Translations under genes and position numbers: made by a program
Notes under the pieces: generated by a model
Databases searched by the model: none
Seen by the model: the letters and a program-made list of their open reading frames with translations, nothing else
Told to the model about the DNA's origin: nothing
Source: Oopsacas minuta
Lineage: Eukaryota; Animalia; Porifera
Assembly (NCBI GenBank): GCA_024704765.1
Contig: JAKMXF010000033.1
Location: 372,001-436,000 of the forward strand
Length of the DNA stretch: 64,000 bases
Direction of reading: 5' to 3'
Shown: in pieces, positions 11,853-24,200 of the stretch
Layout of the letters: each line of letters begins with the position of its first letter
Position numbering within the stretch: the first letter of the stretch is position 1

Positions 11853-12027
11853 AATCTTTGCTCCATATGGCAGGGGCTATCATTAACTTTGCTAATAGAA
11901 TAAAGTAACAATGCTTGCTAATTTGAGTCCTCTCTCAAAAGAGCATCTGCTCGATATTTATTACTTTGCATTGTAACTAAGAAATTTGCTTCCAAACAGC
12001 TGTATTGCTTGGCATGTAACCGCTTCA

Positions 12028-15000
12028 ATGTTTAGAATTACTATTTATGACACATTAGGTATGTGTTCGGACTTTCAAATAATCTAATAAAATTAATTAC
12101 CTCTCATAATGACTGCGAGGAAGAAATTCTTGTAAGTTTTCTAATGAGTTAGTGTGCGATAAGCCTTGGATATTATGTTTGAATCAAGCCACGTAGGACT
12201 TAGATAATCGAATCATATGAATTAATTAATTATGTAATCAATATTTAGGTCATGTACCCCAGCAGCAAGATTCTGACTCTTCCTACTTTCTTAACTCTGC
12301 TGAAAATCAAGCTAATATTACACAATATCCTGAACAGGGGATCAACTACCATATACAACCACAAGCATCTAAAATGGTTCGTAAATATTTACAATTCTCC
12401 CATCACTGAATTTAGCACTTTTGTTTGTTTGTTTATTTGTTATATTATTCTATTTCAGGATAATATTGGTATTGAAAATGCTGTATATTTACAAGAGACA
12501 CCTGAATTCTGTGTTGAAGCTGGTGAGCACACATTTTAATTACAATCTCATTCGAATATTTATTATTTCTACGAATAGGAAGTTTGCTTGTTCCTCCAGA
12601 TGCAGCAGAATGTCCGGTAACAACTTCAAACATGGATACGGTTAGTTTAGTACAAATAAGATTACTACATGCAATAAGAAGGATATTATATTAAGAGTAT
12701 TTCCCACTATTTTCGCTTTGGAAATCCACACATTTGCAATTGTAAGTTTTCCAATACACAAAATGCTGAGTTCCCAATGAAGCTGATAAAATAAATAGCA
12801 TTCGTAGCCTAAGGTTGCCAGGGAGGTCAATTTTGCCCAATACAAAGAAGATATAGATCCTTTCTTTGAGGAATGACCCCCCCCTCTCTGAAAACTCATT
12901 GAACTGTGTTTAGTATATTACATATAGATGATGCTAAAGGATCAAAACATGATAGAGACTACACATTCTGGACATCCATATCCACAATCAAGTATGTGAC
13001 GATATATACACTAGCTTATCATTACTCTTGTAATATTATTGAGTCTAGTTCTAGATTTTTGAAATGTTTATTCATTTAAAGCCCTGCTACTATATATAAA
13101 TGCATTACATCGTTTAGATATGCTGGAAATGGCTGCCTTGCAACTTCCCGGAATAAGAATGGTGAGTTATCTAGTTTCATAGCATCAGGTTTCAATAGTG
13201 CTAACTTTATGTCTTATTATACTCGGAATACAGATAATAGTAGGAGTGCCAACTATAATAATAATAATTCTATTATTGCAGTCACATTTTATAGTGTGTG
13301 TTTGACTATTACTGGACCTTTTAACATAATAGTTAACTCCTGTTATATCGAAGCTCAAGGGACTGCAATAATTACTTTGATATGAGAGGAGTTCGATATA
13401 ACCGAATTAAATTTATGATACTTTACGGTTTGTGACCATATTTGTACATTTTCATCATTGCAATATCTTGTAGAGTTATCCACCAGATCCTGGATATCTA
13501 TTACGATTAATGGAACAGAACCAAGAGCTTGATGATGCATTGCTTGTACTCGACAAACATCTTGAAATTGGAATGACAACATCCTCTGGCATGCAGCTGG
13601 GAGGAAAATCTGATGCAAGCGAACATGATTCTAACAACGATCAAAGAATGGTATGTAGTTAGCTCAGATACTGAGGAATTCGTTATTAGCAAGTCTTATT
13701 TAGCATGACTATCCCTTGCTAATACGCGAATTTACTATTAGAGGAATTAATTTTTTTTAAATGAACTCTAAGTCTCTGAAAAACCCCCCAGCATATCTTG
13801 TGAAATTTAAAACTCGTCAATATTTGCATTTTATTTTGTATTTTGCGTATTTCCAGAGTCATTATGTTCCTGCTAACAGTAATGTTGGAGAAAATGACGA
13901 TGATTCGATATTAAACTGTGATCAATCAGAATTTGATTCTGGACTGATAACAGAGGATGAGATGAAGGATAAATTGGCTAAAGAGCAGGTCAGGAGAGAC
14001 GCAAATAATGCAAGAGAGAGGTGTTAATTACAAATACAATATTCTACAATCCTAATGGATTATTGCACAAATGCCAATATATGAAACGCTTATGACAAAG
14101 TGATTCAGTATAGCTTAAGAGTATATGATTTTACTCGGATATAACATAGTATAATTATATAATAACTATTTGTAGAGTTCGTGTCAGGGATATTAATGAT
14201 GCGTTTAAGGACCTTGGAGATGTGTGTGTTGTACATACAGCAGAGCCTGCACAGACAAAGGTAATAGCTTTTATATTCATATGATAAATATTTATATTTA
14301 ATCGTAGTTAGCACCTGTATTTCTATGATATTAGCTAGGCAATTAGTTTTCGGAAATTAGAATTTCTAATTAGATTCTAATTATTGGTTTAAGTCCCTTA
14401 TATTACTTTAATGCTATTTATTTAGCTAAACGTGCTCAGACAGGCTGTAAGTGTTATCAATAAGCTGGAATCTGAAGTTAGAAGTAAGTTACATACAGCT
14501 AGTGGAGATTTTTTAATATCATTTACAGTAAACTCTCGTTATATCGAAGCTCAAAGGTCCACGATAATTACTTCGATATAACCGATAAAACTTGAGTTAC
14601 TTTGACGGTTCGGGACCATATTTGTCAGTTTAAGACTTCCATATACGTATCTGTATAACGGGAGTGACTGTATTTAATTCTAATAGGAAGAAACTTGAAT
14701 CCCAAAGCTGCGTGTTTAAAGAGAAGAGAAGAGAGTTCTCATAGAACACCAGAGGGACAAAATCCATTCAGCGCGTCTCTCTTTACAAGTTTTGAATCTC
14801 CTATCTTCGAAATTGATGACGCAATCGGCCGACACAGAGAGAGAGCACAATCTCTCCCGACGCCCACTCTAAAGAAGAAAGGGAGTAATTACCTACACAA
14901 AATAGACCAACCTCTGCGCAAACACAGTCCCACGATTAAGAAGCCACATTCTAAACACAAGAACACATCTCACACATTCACTCCACTCCCAGAACTGGTT

Positions 15001-15075
15001 CTGCCACCGATTAACACATTTCCAGTTGATCCTACTCAACTAGAACTCCATAGTTCTCCCGAAGCTGACAACTAA
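12028..15075 (+). CDS. TCF12: Class I bHLH E-protein (E12/E47, TCF3/4/12, daughterless orthologue). Exons: 12028-12058, 12249-12376, 12459-12522, 12579-12640, 12928-12991, 13118-13161, 13474-13650, 13857-14020, 14176-14260, 14426-14483, 14687-15075
   Basis: All GT-AG junctions are phase-compatible. The spliced bHLH reads [31 protein letters not shown]...[39 protein letters not shown], with an upstream ELDDALLVLDKH motif like the E-protein RLDDAIHVLRNH. An in-frame 5' extension (11867-11904 spliced to 12000) is possible. The symbol stands for the co-orthologue of TCF3/4/12. Confidence 0.9.
13330..13450. mobile_element. MITE family A, partial copy in E-protein intron 6
   Basis: TAGTTAACTCCTGTTATATCGAAGCTCAAGGGAC start and GACCATATTTGTACA core, shared with the other family A copies. 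Confidence 0.7.
14526..14670. mobile_element. MITE family A (Tc1/mariner/pogo-type), full copy in E-protein intron 10
   Basis: Imperfect terminal inverted repeats (TIRs) CAGTAAACTCTCGTTATA / TATAACGGGAGTGACTG, flanked by TA on both sides. Confidence 0.85.
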
Positions 15076-15360
15076 CTACACACGACTGCTTTACAAGTGT
15101 CAGCATACTGGAGTGGGAATTTTATTCTTTTATTAATTGCACTACACTTTGTTGTAGTTATATATTTATAATTTGTAATAATATGTATCTACTTATTTCT
15201 TTAAAATATAACATAGTTACATCTCTGAGCAAATGGAATGCAGCTCCCATTGAGAGTATAAGGGATTTATTAGCATAAAGTATACACCATTAACTATAAG
15301 AAATATACTGTTAAATATGTTCTATATATTCAAAAATATGTTGATGAGGTGATAAGTGTA

Positions 15361-15855
15361 TTAAACGCAGTCCTTTTTAAGACTACCTCTCTCTACAAAA
15401 TCTGAGTTTTCACTCTTCACTTTAACATTCAGACAGTCACTGATTAAATGTGTTTCCAGCATTAATAGTGACCCGGTCCATTCGCAGCCATGTGTGTATA
15501 GCGGACACTTAACTTTCATACAAAGCATGTTTTTCTCTAGCTCGAGGTTTCTGCGGAATATTACACTAATCGGTTGTCTGTCTATTGGACACTTCCCTTT
15601 AGCTGTAGCTCTGTTAACTTTGTACCCAAAGGGTGGATTGCAGTCTATCATAGCTTGGATACAGGAGTGGCAGAAATTATGTCCACATTCTGTAAGGATA
15701 GGCTCGAAATATGCCTCACGACAGATAGGACAGGTTATCAGGTCTAAATTGTCACTTTCATTTGAGGATAAGAAAAGTTCTAAGTAGTAACCAGCTCTGG
15801 TATTCTCTCGGATAAGTACATTGAGTAATTGTGGAATTGATTCTGTCATTGTCAT
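15361..15855 (-). CDS. Short C3HC4 RING finger protein with an adjacent TRAF/SINA-type zinc finger (TRAF/RNF151/PDZRN3-like N-terminal module), intronless
   Basis: CPICREAYFEPILTECGHNFCHSCI...CPIDRQ, followed by VKCPLYTHGCEWTGSLLMLETHLISDC. Confidence 0.8.
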   Translation of the reverse strand: MTMTESIPQLLNVLIRENTRAGYYLELFLSSNESDNLDLITCPICREAYFEPILTECGHNFCHSCIQAMIDCNPPFGYKVNRATAKGKCPIDRQPISVIFRRNLELEKNMLCMKVKCPLYTHGCEWTGSLLMLETHLISDCLNVKVKSENSDFVERGSLKKDCV

Positions 15856-15970
15856 ATTGTGAGCTAAAAGGATTTGAAACAGTCAAAATCGTAATAATTT
15901 CATATTTTTTAATCCGACAAAAATGGTTTAGAACTTTAGACTAACGAACAATACAATATACGATAGAACA

Positions 15971-16012
15971 CATGGCCGTAGAGACGGTCCGGTTGGTCAG
16001 GTCCAACCGGGG
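15971..16012. mobile_element. Probable DNA-transposon end remnant with a perfect 8-bp hairpin, between the divergent RING and MARCHF5 genes
   Basis: CATGGCCGTAG start and CCGGTTGG-tcaggt-CCAACCGG at 15989-16010. A GC-rich island in an AT-rich spacer. Confidence 0.4.
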
Positions 16013-16206
16013 CAATTTGGTGGCTCCTTATATTTGTATAGTCGACCTGATACATTGAAATCTGCTTGCTACGACCTTGTTAGTACTTATATACATATTT
16101 CCCAAATTACACAGTGGCTTACATGGCAATTTCCAAAAATAGCAATTTTAAGTATGCTAGGTTCATACTATTATCATATTTCTTGCAAGTTGATTGTATA
16201 GAATAA

Positions 16207-17085
16207 ATGGCAAAAAATATAACTGAAGTAGAAGATACTCAAGAGCTTAAGATCCCCCACGAGACAGACTCCTGCTGGATATGCTACTCCTCCTATGAAG
16301 ACGAGAAACTTAACAATCCAGATATCCTATCTCTGGGTCTTTGGGTAGCCCCCTGTAAATGCAAGGGAACTTCTATGTGGGTACATCAGGAGTGCTTGCA
16401 GATATGGATCGACGAGAAACAGAAGGGAGATTCATTTCGTATTGTCCGATGTCACCAATGTAACTCTGTATACCGTTACAAATTCCCTTCTCTTGACATA
16501 TTGGCTACTGCGTTACAGTCTTTGGAGAATCTCATAGATTTAGTAAGTCCTTATGCTTGTTTCCTCTTTGCTACAGCTACTAGCTACTTCCTACTTACCG
16601 GTTACGGGTATATCACTCTCATTCAGATAGCTGGACATGATCAAGCTATGCAATTTATTCAAGACAATGAAATGTTCGTATGGGTATGTCTCCCTTTCAT
16701 TCCTATAATTCTCACTTTGTCTAAATATATCAGAATCGAAGATCACCTCTTTAAAATTTTGAAGCGTTATGTTCCGCCTATGATGTGTTCAATTCTCGGC
16801 ACGAAGCAGTACCACCAAATATGGCCTCAGGCCCCACGTGCGCCAACAGATGTTGCCACTAGACGACACATAACTCTGCCACGTGCCATAATTACAGGAC
16901 TATTACTACCCACATTCTCGTATTTAACAGGCAATATATTATTCTTCAAAGTTGAGAATAATTTCAAGCGGTGTATGTACGGGGGATTGGCTTATACAGG
17001 ATTCCGATTGCTCTCTAAATTATACTTTAAATTCAGGTCTTATCGGAATATGAGTCATAGACAAATATTGAATTACAACAACTGA
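16207..17085 (+). CDS. MARCHF5: Mitochondrial RING-CH E3 ubiquitin ligase MARCHF5 (MITOL), intronless
   Basis: CWICYSS...WVAPCKCKGTSMWVHQECLQIWIDEKQKG...RCHQCNSVYRYKFP, four hydrophobic segments, and a RQILNY terminus typical of MARCH5. Confidence 0.9.
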   Translation: MAKNITEVEDTQELKIPHETDSCWICYSSYEDEKLNNPDILSLGLWVAPCKCKGTSMWVHQECLQIWIDEKQKGDSFRIVRCHQCNSVYRYKFPSLDILATALQSLENLIDLVSPYACFLFATATSYFLLTGYGYITLIQIAGHDQAMQFIQDNEMFVWVCLPFIPIILTLSKYIRIEDHLFKILKRYVPPMMCSILGTKQYHQIWPQAPRAPTDVATRRHITLPRAIITGLLLPTFSYLTGNILFFKVENNFKRCMYGGLAYTGFRLLSKLYFKFRSYRNMSHRQILNYNN

Positions 17086-17194
17086 GTATAATTGCTAAAC
17101 CATACAGTATTTGTATTGTCTTTCCTAACCTATTAGCTACCTATTATTGATTGTTAGAATGTTTACTAAGTGTTGTCTTAATTGCTATGTGTCA

Positions 17195-17225
<31 letters not shown>

Positions 17226-17667
17226 GTAGTAGACAACAAATCTTTACGATTCAAGAACCTTTCTACGAAACTATTAGTCAACCACCTAACGAAGAACCCG
17301 ATAATACTCCAGATGTCACAATCAATACCACAATTACAACAGATTTAGAATATACTAGTTCAGAAAATTCAAATGATCATCTCTAAACCAAACATGATTA
17401 CATAGCCTGTCAGCAATCAACTTTTTCACAAACCACCATTGCTCAAATCCACTTTATATAGTAACTCCCATAAATAATATTAGTAAGCCCATATACGCTT
17501 TATCATCCTTTGTTACTCAGAAATCTAGAATGTTCCTTCAAACCTTAGAATAGCAGCAATCAGTTATATTTAGTACTATAGTTGTGTTTGTACTGATGAG
17601 CTGGATAAATAGCCAGCGAAACAAATTATGTTATTGTCTACTACTATTAAATCTACATATACTCTTT

Positions 17668-17861
<194 letters not shown>

Positions 17862-17876
17862 CTTTGTTACTGTATT

Positions 17877-17940
17877 CCACGGTTCCCAACCTGCGGTCTA
17901 TGAGAGCGTGCCCACAGGGTGAAAAAGTTGGGAACCGCAG
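17877..17940. mobile_element. MITE family B (hAT-like), short copy
   Basis: TIRs C(C)ACGGTTCCCAACC / AGTTGGGAACCGCAG. The GGGTGAAAAAG subterminal motif is shared with other family B copies. Confidence 0.75.
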
Positions 17941-18273
17941 TTGTAATTCTCAGTCTCACTCAGTCTCTATAAATACATACGTGTTCAGTAAACTGATAAT
18001 CCTGCATCGACCTGTTTTCTTATAAAAACAGCATCTAATCAATGATTTAATACACGAAATGAAAGCTAGAAACAATCAAACACACACATATCTCATACAA
18101 ATAACAATACACTACTAAAATAATCAATAATGAAATAGTCTAATAGAAAAAATAGAACACAGTCGACAAGCTCTTTATTCCTGAAGAGACATAGCATTGA
18201 GTTGACTGATTGGACTATTATAATTAAGGGAGATTTACCTAAAACTCTAAGGAACAAACTACACTATACAGGG

Positions 18274-21200
18274 CTATATCTTGAATATTTGAGTGAATAC
18301 GTCTCCCTCTATCACTCCGATTTTAACTTCTAGCATATTTTCTTCTACACTCATAACCTCAATTTGGCAGGTGGTATCATCTAATAGATTAGTGAAAGTA
18401 TCAAAAGCAGTGTCAGGTAGAGATTTATCATCTGCTAAGTATAGCTTACAAGGGTAGGCAAGCGGTTCTTGTAGGAATTCAGGTGAAATAGGTAGGATTT
18501 GATCTGAGGTTATAGTCTCAATATTACCGTAGTCCACAGAGAACACTGAATATGAATTGTCCTCCTTCTTCTCCACTATCTGCCCCCTGTACCAAGAACC
18601 GTCTCCGTCCATCATAGCAATCACAGCCATGCCGGGTAGGATAACAGGAGGAGGAGTGCTATCTGTTGTACCGCAGTGTGACAATAGTTTATCCATTAGT
18701 TCGTTAACTTGGTCTTGTGAGCTTTTCTTGTGTAGATAGAATGAGAATAAATTGTTACTGTGTGTCAGAGTAGCTTCAAATTTGGAACCGTCCTCCTTCT
18801 CTAGATCTAGCTCTGGGAATACAGGCGCATCTGGAGGTAGCGCTGGATGGTCGGTGAATACTGGGGTGTCTATTGCTTTACACAGTTTCTTAGGACTCTT
18901 GTCCAAATCTGTTTTAGCAGTTTTCAGAGTATCTTGCTCGCATTCGGGCATTTCGTTATTCAAAGATTCCCTGAGAATATCAACTACACTCTCCCCGTTA
19001 TCTATCAGTAATATATCAACAATTAATGATGTCTTGTCCTTATGATCTTTAATAACAACTTCAAGGTCCTTGTCTTCCAGAACTTCTGAGAGCTTATCAG
19101 TGGTAAGCTCCGAGGTAGGCAGGTCACAATCTAAGCAACAGGGTAAGGCATAGCATGGATATGATTTCTGAACACCTGGTATCTGGTAAATATGGTTCTT
19201 CGGCACCAAGTCTGAATTACCGTAGTCAATAAAGAAAATCTTGACCAGTTCTTCTCCAATGTTAATAACTCTCCCACGATATATCTCTTCATCGCCTGAG
19301 AATTTAGCTAGTACCATATCATCAACAGAAATATTTGATACAATATTGAGCTCTGTTGGTGAGGGAGTTAATTGAGTTAGACTGACTAGTTCAGACGTAA
19401 GCTCGTTGTCTTGTATGTAAAAATCTTGTATAGTGATTATATTGGAGGCTATTCCCTTTATTGTGCTGTTGATTGGAGGTAATGTTAATTTGTAAATACA
19501 GTCAGTTGAATTCTGGCTATCAGTTCGTTCTCCGAATATACTCTCTTTCAAATCGTTTCCTAAGAGTTTAGCTCTAACTTCTTCTGGGATTTCAAAGAAA
19601 AGTGTCTGTCCTATATCTTTATTTGGATCAGCTGAAGTACTCAATTCTACTTCAATGTGTTCAGATGCAGTAGATAATACTTTCATGCTAAGCTCTACAT
19701 CTCGAATGAATGATTTAAAACTTTTTTCTATCTCAGGGCCAGACACGAGACCGATTTCACTATGAAATTTGCAAGGATAAGCTAGTGGAGCTACAGATAG
19801 CAATTCGTAGGGAACATTACGTATATTCCTGACAGTGATATTATCAGTGTTCCCGTAGTCCACGAAACATACTTGTATCTTGTCATCTACTTTCATAACC
19901 TGTGCACGATACCATTGTTCATCCTCAGAGAATACAGAAAGCACTGCCATGCCTTCGTATAGATCCTCGTTAGTCAGTGAGACGACTGGTTTAGTGCTTT
20001 GACAGATGTTTGAAACATTCTCCATCAATTCGGCTATTACTGTCTCACTACCAGATTCTTGTACATAGAAATTTAACACGGTGTCAATGGAAGAGATTAA
20101 TACATTCTTTACAGTGTCAGGTGAAGGGAACACGTATTTCCATTTCCTGAAAGGGCTAGACAGCTTCTCTAGTGTGACAGCCAGCCTCTTGTCAGTGTCA
20201 AATACCTCAGCTTCGAATTGGTTGTTAGGTGGGAGGGGTCCATTGAAGGTAGCAGTGAGTGCCCTAGGCTTAACGAACTCTTCGTTCACAGGGTTACAAG
20301 GTATGACACAGTAGTGAGCTGGTATTCTACAGTGAAATGCTATAGGAGGTAGAATTGTTAGAGGAGAGCGAGGAGAGAGAAGACGGATATTAGAGATAGG
20401 AACTGAGAGGACAGGTCCGTAGTCAATCAATTGAACCGAAGGTTCCTCAGTGAATTCAGAGTTTGATATTATCTTTGCACGGTTCCAAGATTGAGAATCT
20501 TTGGAGTAGACTAAGACTAGAATTCCCGATAACAGCTGGCCCTTGTTAACTGATATATCACCTGTTGAGTTGCAATATTCTACCATTTGTGTTTGTAGAT
20601 CATGTAGTGAGTTTCGATTCGTTTCTGTCTGCAAGTAGAATGAATTTAGTGAGTTGAAGCAGGTGAGTGTCACTGGATAAGGTGGTTCGTTAGGATCAGG
20701 ATAGAAGAAGGGGAGGGTATTCATGAGGACACCTACCTCTCCCTCAGACCCATCAAATAGTCGCACTTCATACACGTCATCTTTGAAGTCAACCACTTCC
20801 ATCATTAGATCGGTTTTCATTTCAGTTAGTTCTGTGAACTTTTGTATTGTATCCATATCATCATTGAGTCCATATTCACTGGATAGTTTGCATTGATAGC
20901 TGAAGCTTGCCTTAGACAGGAGGTTATCTGGCAGATGACAGATCAAGTTCTCGGGGACTTCATCTGAGTTTCCAAAGTCCACGAATAAAACTTTGAACTT
21001 ATTTCTTGTCTCGCAAGTAGATGTGACAATCCCCCTATACCAAGCACTATCCTGTGAGAACACAGCTAGTACTGGTAACTCTGTTTCCACACAATTCAAT
21101 GGAGTAGTGTTAGTTGGATCAGAACAATAACTCTCTACCTCTTCCGTAACTTGGAACAAGTCTACTGCCTGTGATAGTACTTGTATGTAAAAGCACTGTG

Positions 21201-24200
21201 TTGATACGATGTGTGATAGATTAACGCTAATTCTCTGATCAGTTGAGAGTTGTTGAGTTTTGAATCCTTCATGTATACGAGAAACATGATTTGAGGATGT
21301 GTTTATAACGTCATTTACTAATTGGTCTATTGCTGTTTCTTCTTCTAATTCTAGCTTGGATTGAGCTGTTCGTATAATACATTCCACGTACTCATCCGCG
21401 TAGCTATCGAGAAGCTTCGCAGTTTCGTCGAAGTTAACCTCATCTTCTAGCTTGGTTACCACGTCTTGAATCAACCCATCGATTAATTTGTTTACGAATT
21501 TTGTTTGTTGTTTAAAAGAAATAACCTGCTTAGTCTCAAGAGGCACTAGACAACTAATAACATCACCGATATCTTGTAGCTCATCAGTAGTCAGTTTAAC
21601 TTGGTGTACAGATGATTCAAACAATTTGACTTCCAAATTCAGTAAACTTTCCATCTCATAAGCAGACATAGTAGAAGATAAATCGAAGCCCTCAGGAATT
21701 AGGTATGATGTATCGAACTTGCATAAATAACTAAATACTGGAGTTCTGAGGAGATCAGTAGGTATCTTGACGATAAAATCAATGTGTGTAATCTGCGTAT
21801 TGCCGTAATCAATGAACAATAACTTGACGTGATCAAATTCCAAATATGTTTCTTGAATTTCAGCTCGATACCACGTATCGTCCTCTGTAAATTTGGCTAA
21901 ACAGGGTGTCTCAATTTGTAATGAGTCTGGTTGTACCATGTTAACAGGGTCTGTACAAAATTGAGCTATTGAACCCATCAATTCCTGTATTGCAGCATCA
22001 CTATTAGACAATTGGACATAGAATTGTCCTTGTTCATTGTTAGTCTGCGTAAGATACACGGTTTGTGTTGAGTTGATTGGAAGAGGGTTTCTTTTGTAGA
22101 GACTGCTTGGAGAATTGGATAGGAATGATATTGTATTAGCTAGTACAAGTTCTGTGAGATCACTAGCTGTACGTTCACAATAGTTAAGAATTTCATTAGC
22201 TCTTGTCTCTTCTGACAATAATTCAGCCAGTTCCTTTCCGACATCAACAGGATCGTCAGTCGATTCTACCTGAGTTGTCAGCTCGCATTCAAACACCCCA
22301 TCAATACCCTTATGCACTATATTTAACACCAAAGGTTCAGGCATATATTCCTCAAATTTCACCTCGATTTCTGGCGTAGTTTTCAGACCATAAGAAGCAG
22401 TAAATCTGCAAGGCATAGCAAAAGGTTTTTGTAACAAATTCTGGTTTATACTCAACACGTCGGTCTTGGACACTATTTGTGAGTTTCCATAGTCAATATA
22501 GTTAACTGTCACATGATCCTCTGCTACCTCCTCGACACGAGAGCGGTACCAGGCACCGTCATCAACAAACTTTGCCAAACAAAACATACCAACACACCAT
22601 TCAGTGGGAGCAGATCCCGATCCATTGGTGCACTCTTTATGAACCTTCTCCATTAAAGCAGATAATTCTTCTTCACAGTCTGACTGTTGGACGTAAAATA
22701 AGTGAATAGAGTTGATAAAAGAGATATATATGTTGATAGGCCTCTTCAGAGTAGGAACAAGTTCACATTTCAACTCATCCTTAACAATAGTAATAACCTT
22801 AGTTTCCGGTAGAATAATCTCTTCTATACCGAACTGATCTAGCATTTTAACCTTGTAATAACCACCAGCTGATGTTTCTACAATTTGAAGTATTACATTT
22901 ATTTCTTTAACTTTATTACTAAATTCTGAATTCAAACTTTCACTCCAGCCGCATGTAGGCTCCACAACAGCAATGCCACAACGGAATGCACAAGGAGGAA
23001 TAGCGAGATACTCAGGCTTAGGGCTATACATATTCTTGTTATAGACCTTCTCATTATTTCCATAGTCAATATACTGTACTAAATAGTTACCCGCGTCAGC
23101 TGATTTGATTATGACACCTCTGTACCAGCCATTATGTTCTGAATACTGAGCCACACATTGAGTACCAACTTCAAAGGATTTTAACTTGGACAGCTGATTG
23201 TTTGTGATGTCATTATCAATGTCATTCATAAGCTTATCGAGTGTATCTGTAATAGATAGGTTCTGGCAATAGAAATCTGTTGGATTCACTATGTGTGAAA
23301 TTCTGCACTTGATGCTAGCACCTACGGGGTAGTTAGGTGGTTCAGCGATAGAAGTAGAAGTAGGAACAGTAAATGGAAGTGGAATCGGTTTACCAGATGC
23401 ATCCAATAAATCCACTAACAGGTATTGATTCAAAGCAGCTTCCTTTATATCTATAATGATTTTCTCTTGTTCGTTCATTTTAGTAACAAACAGTGCAATC
23501 TTATCTTCAGCTATTTTATACGTAGGATGTACTATAGCACATTTATAAGCTTGTGTAGGGAATGATGAAATATTGGAAGGCATTTGATAGATCTTTGATG
23601 GGTGAATTACTTCTGAATTTCCGTAATCCATAAACTGGACTAATATCTTAGCCTTTGCCTCAATAATCTGTATAATAATGCCTCTATAGAGAGATGAGTC
23701 TTCTGAGAAGACACCCAAGCACACCTGACCAGGTTTTATTTCCTGACTTTCTAATCGAGTTGTGTTTGTGAATTCGGAAAGCAGAGTTATAATTGTGTCC
23801 AGCGTATTCGCGTTTGTACTCTGGCAGTAGAATTCATAGGGTGATATCATGTGAGACAGATATACTTCCATTTTCTTACCAACAGGTGAAGGTTTCATTT
23901 TGTATATAATCTTTCCATCAGTCGTAAACACGTCGACTGTTGTCTTCTCTCCGTCAACGTTAGTAACTTTAATTTTGACATACTCGTGAGCTTCTATATT
24001 TTCCCTGAACTTCTCTACTTCTTGAGGCAACATGCAAGGAATTGCTTGTGAAGGAAGTTCTAGCAACTCACTCGGTAATGTTTTCAAATTAGCAACAGAT
24101 ACTTTCTCAGAGTTCCCGTAGTCCACGTATTGTACTTGTACAAAACCAGCATTTGGGGGGGTGAGCACCTTAGCTCTGTACAGACTATTGTCTTCTGTGT

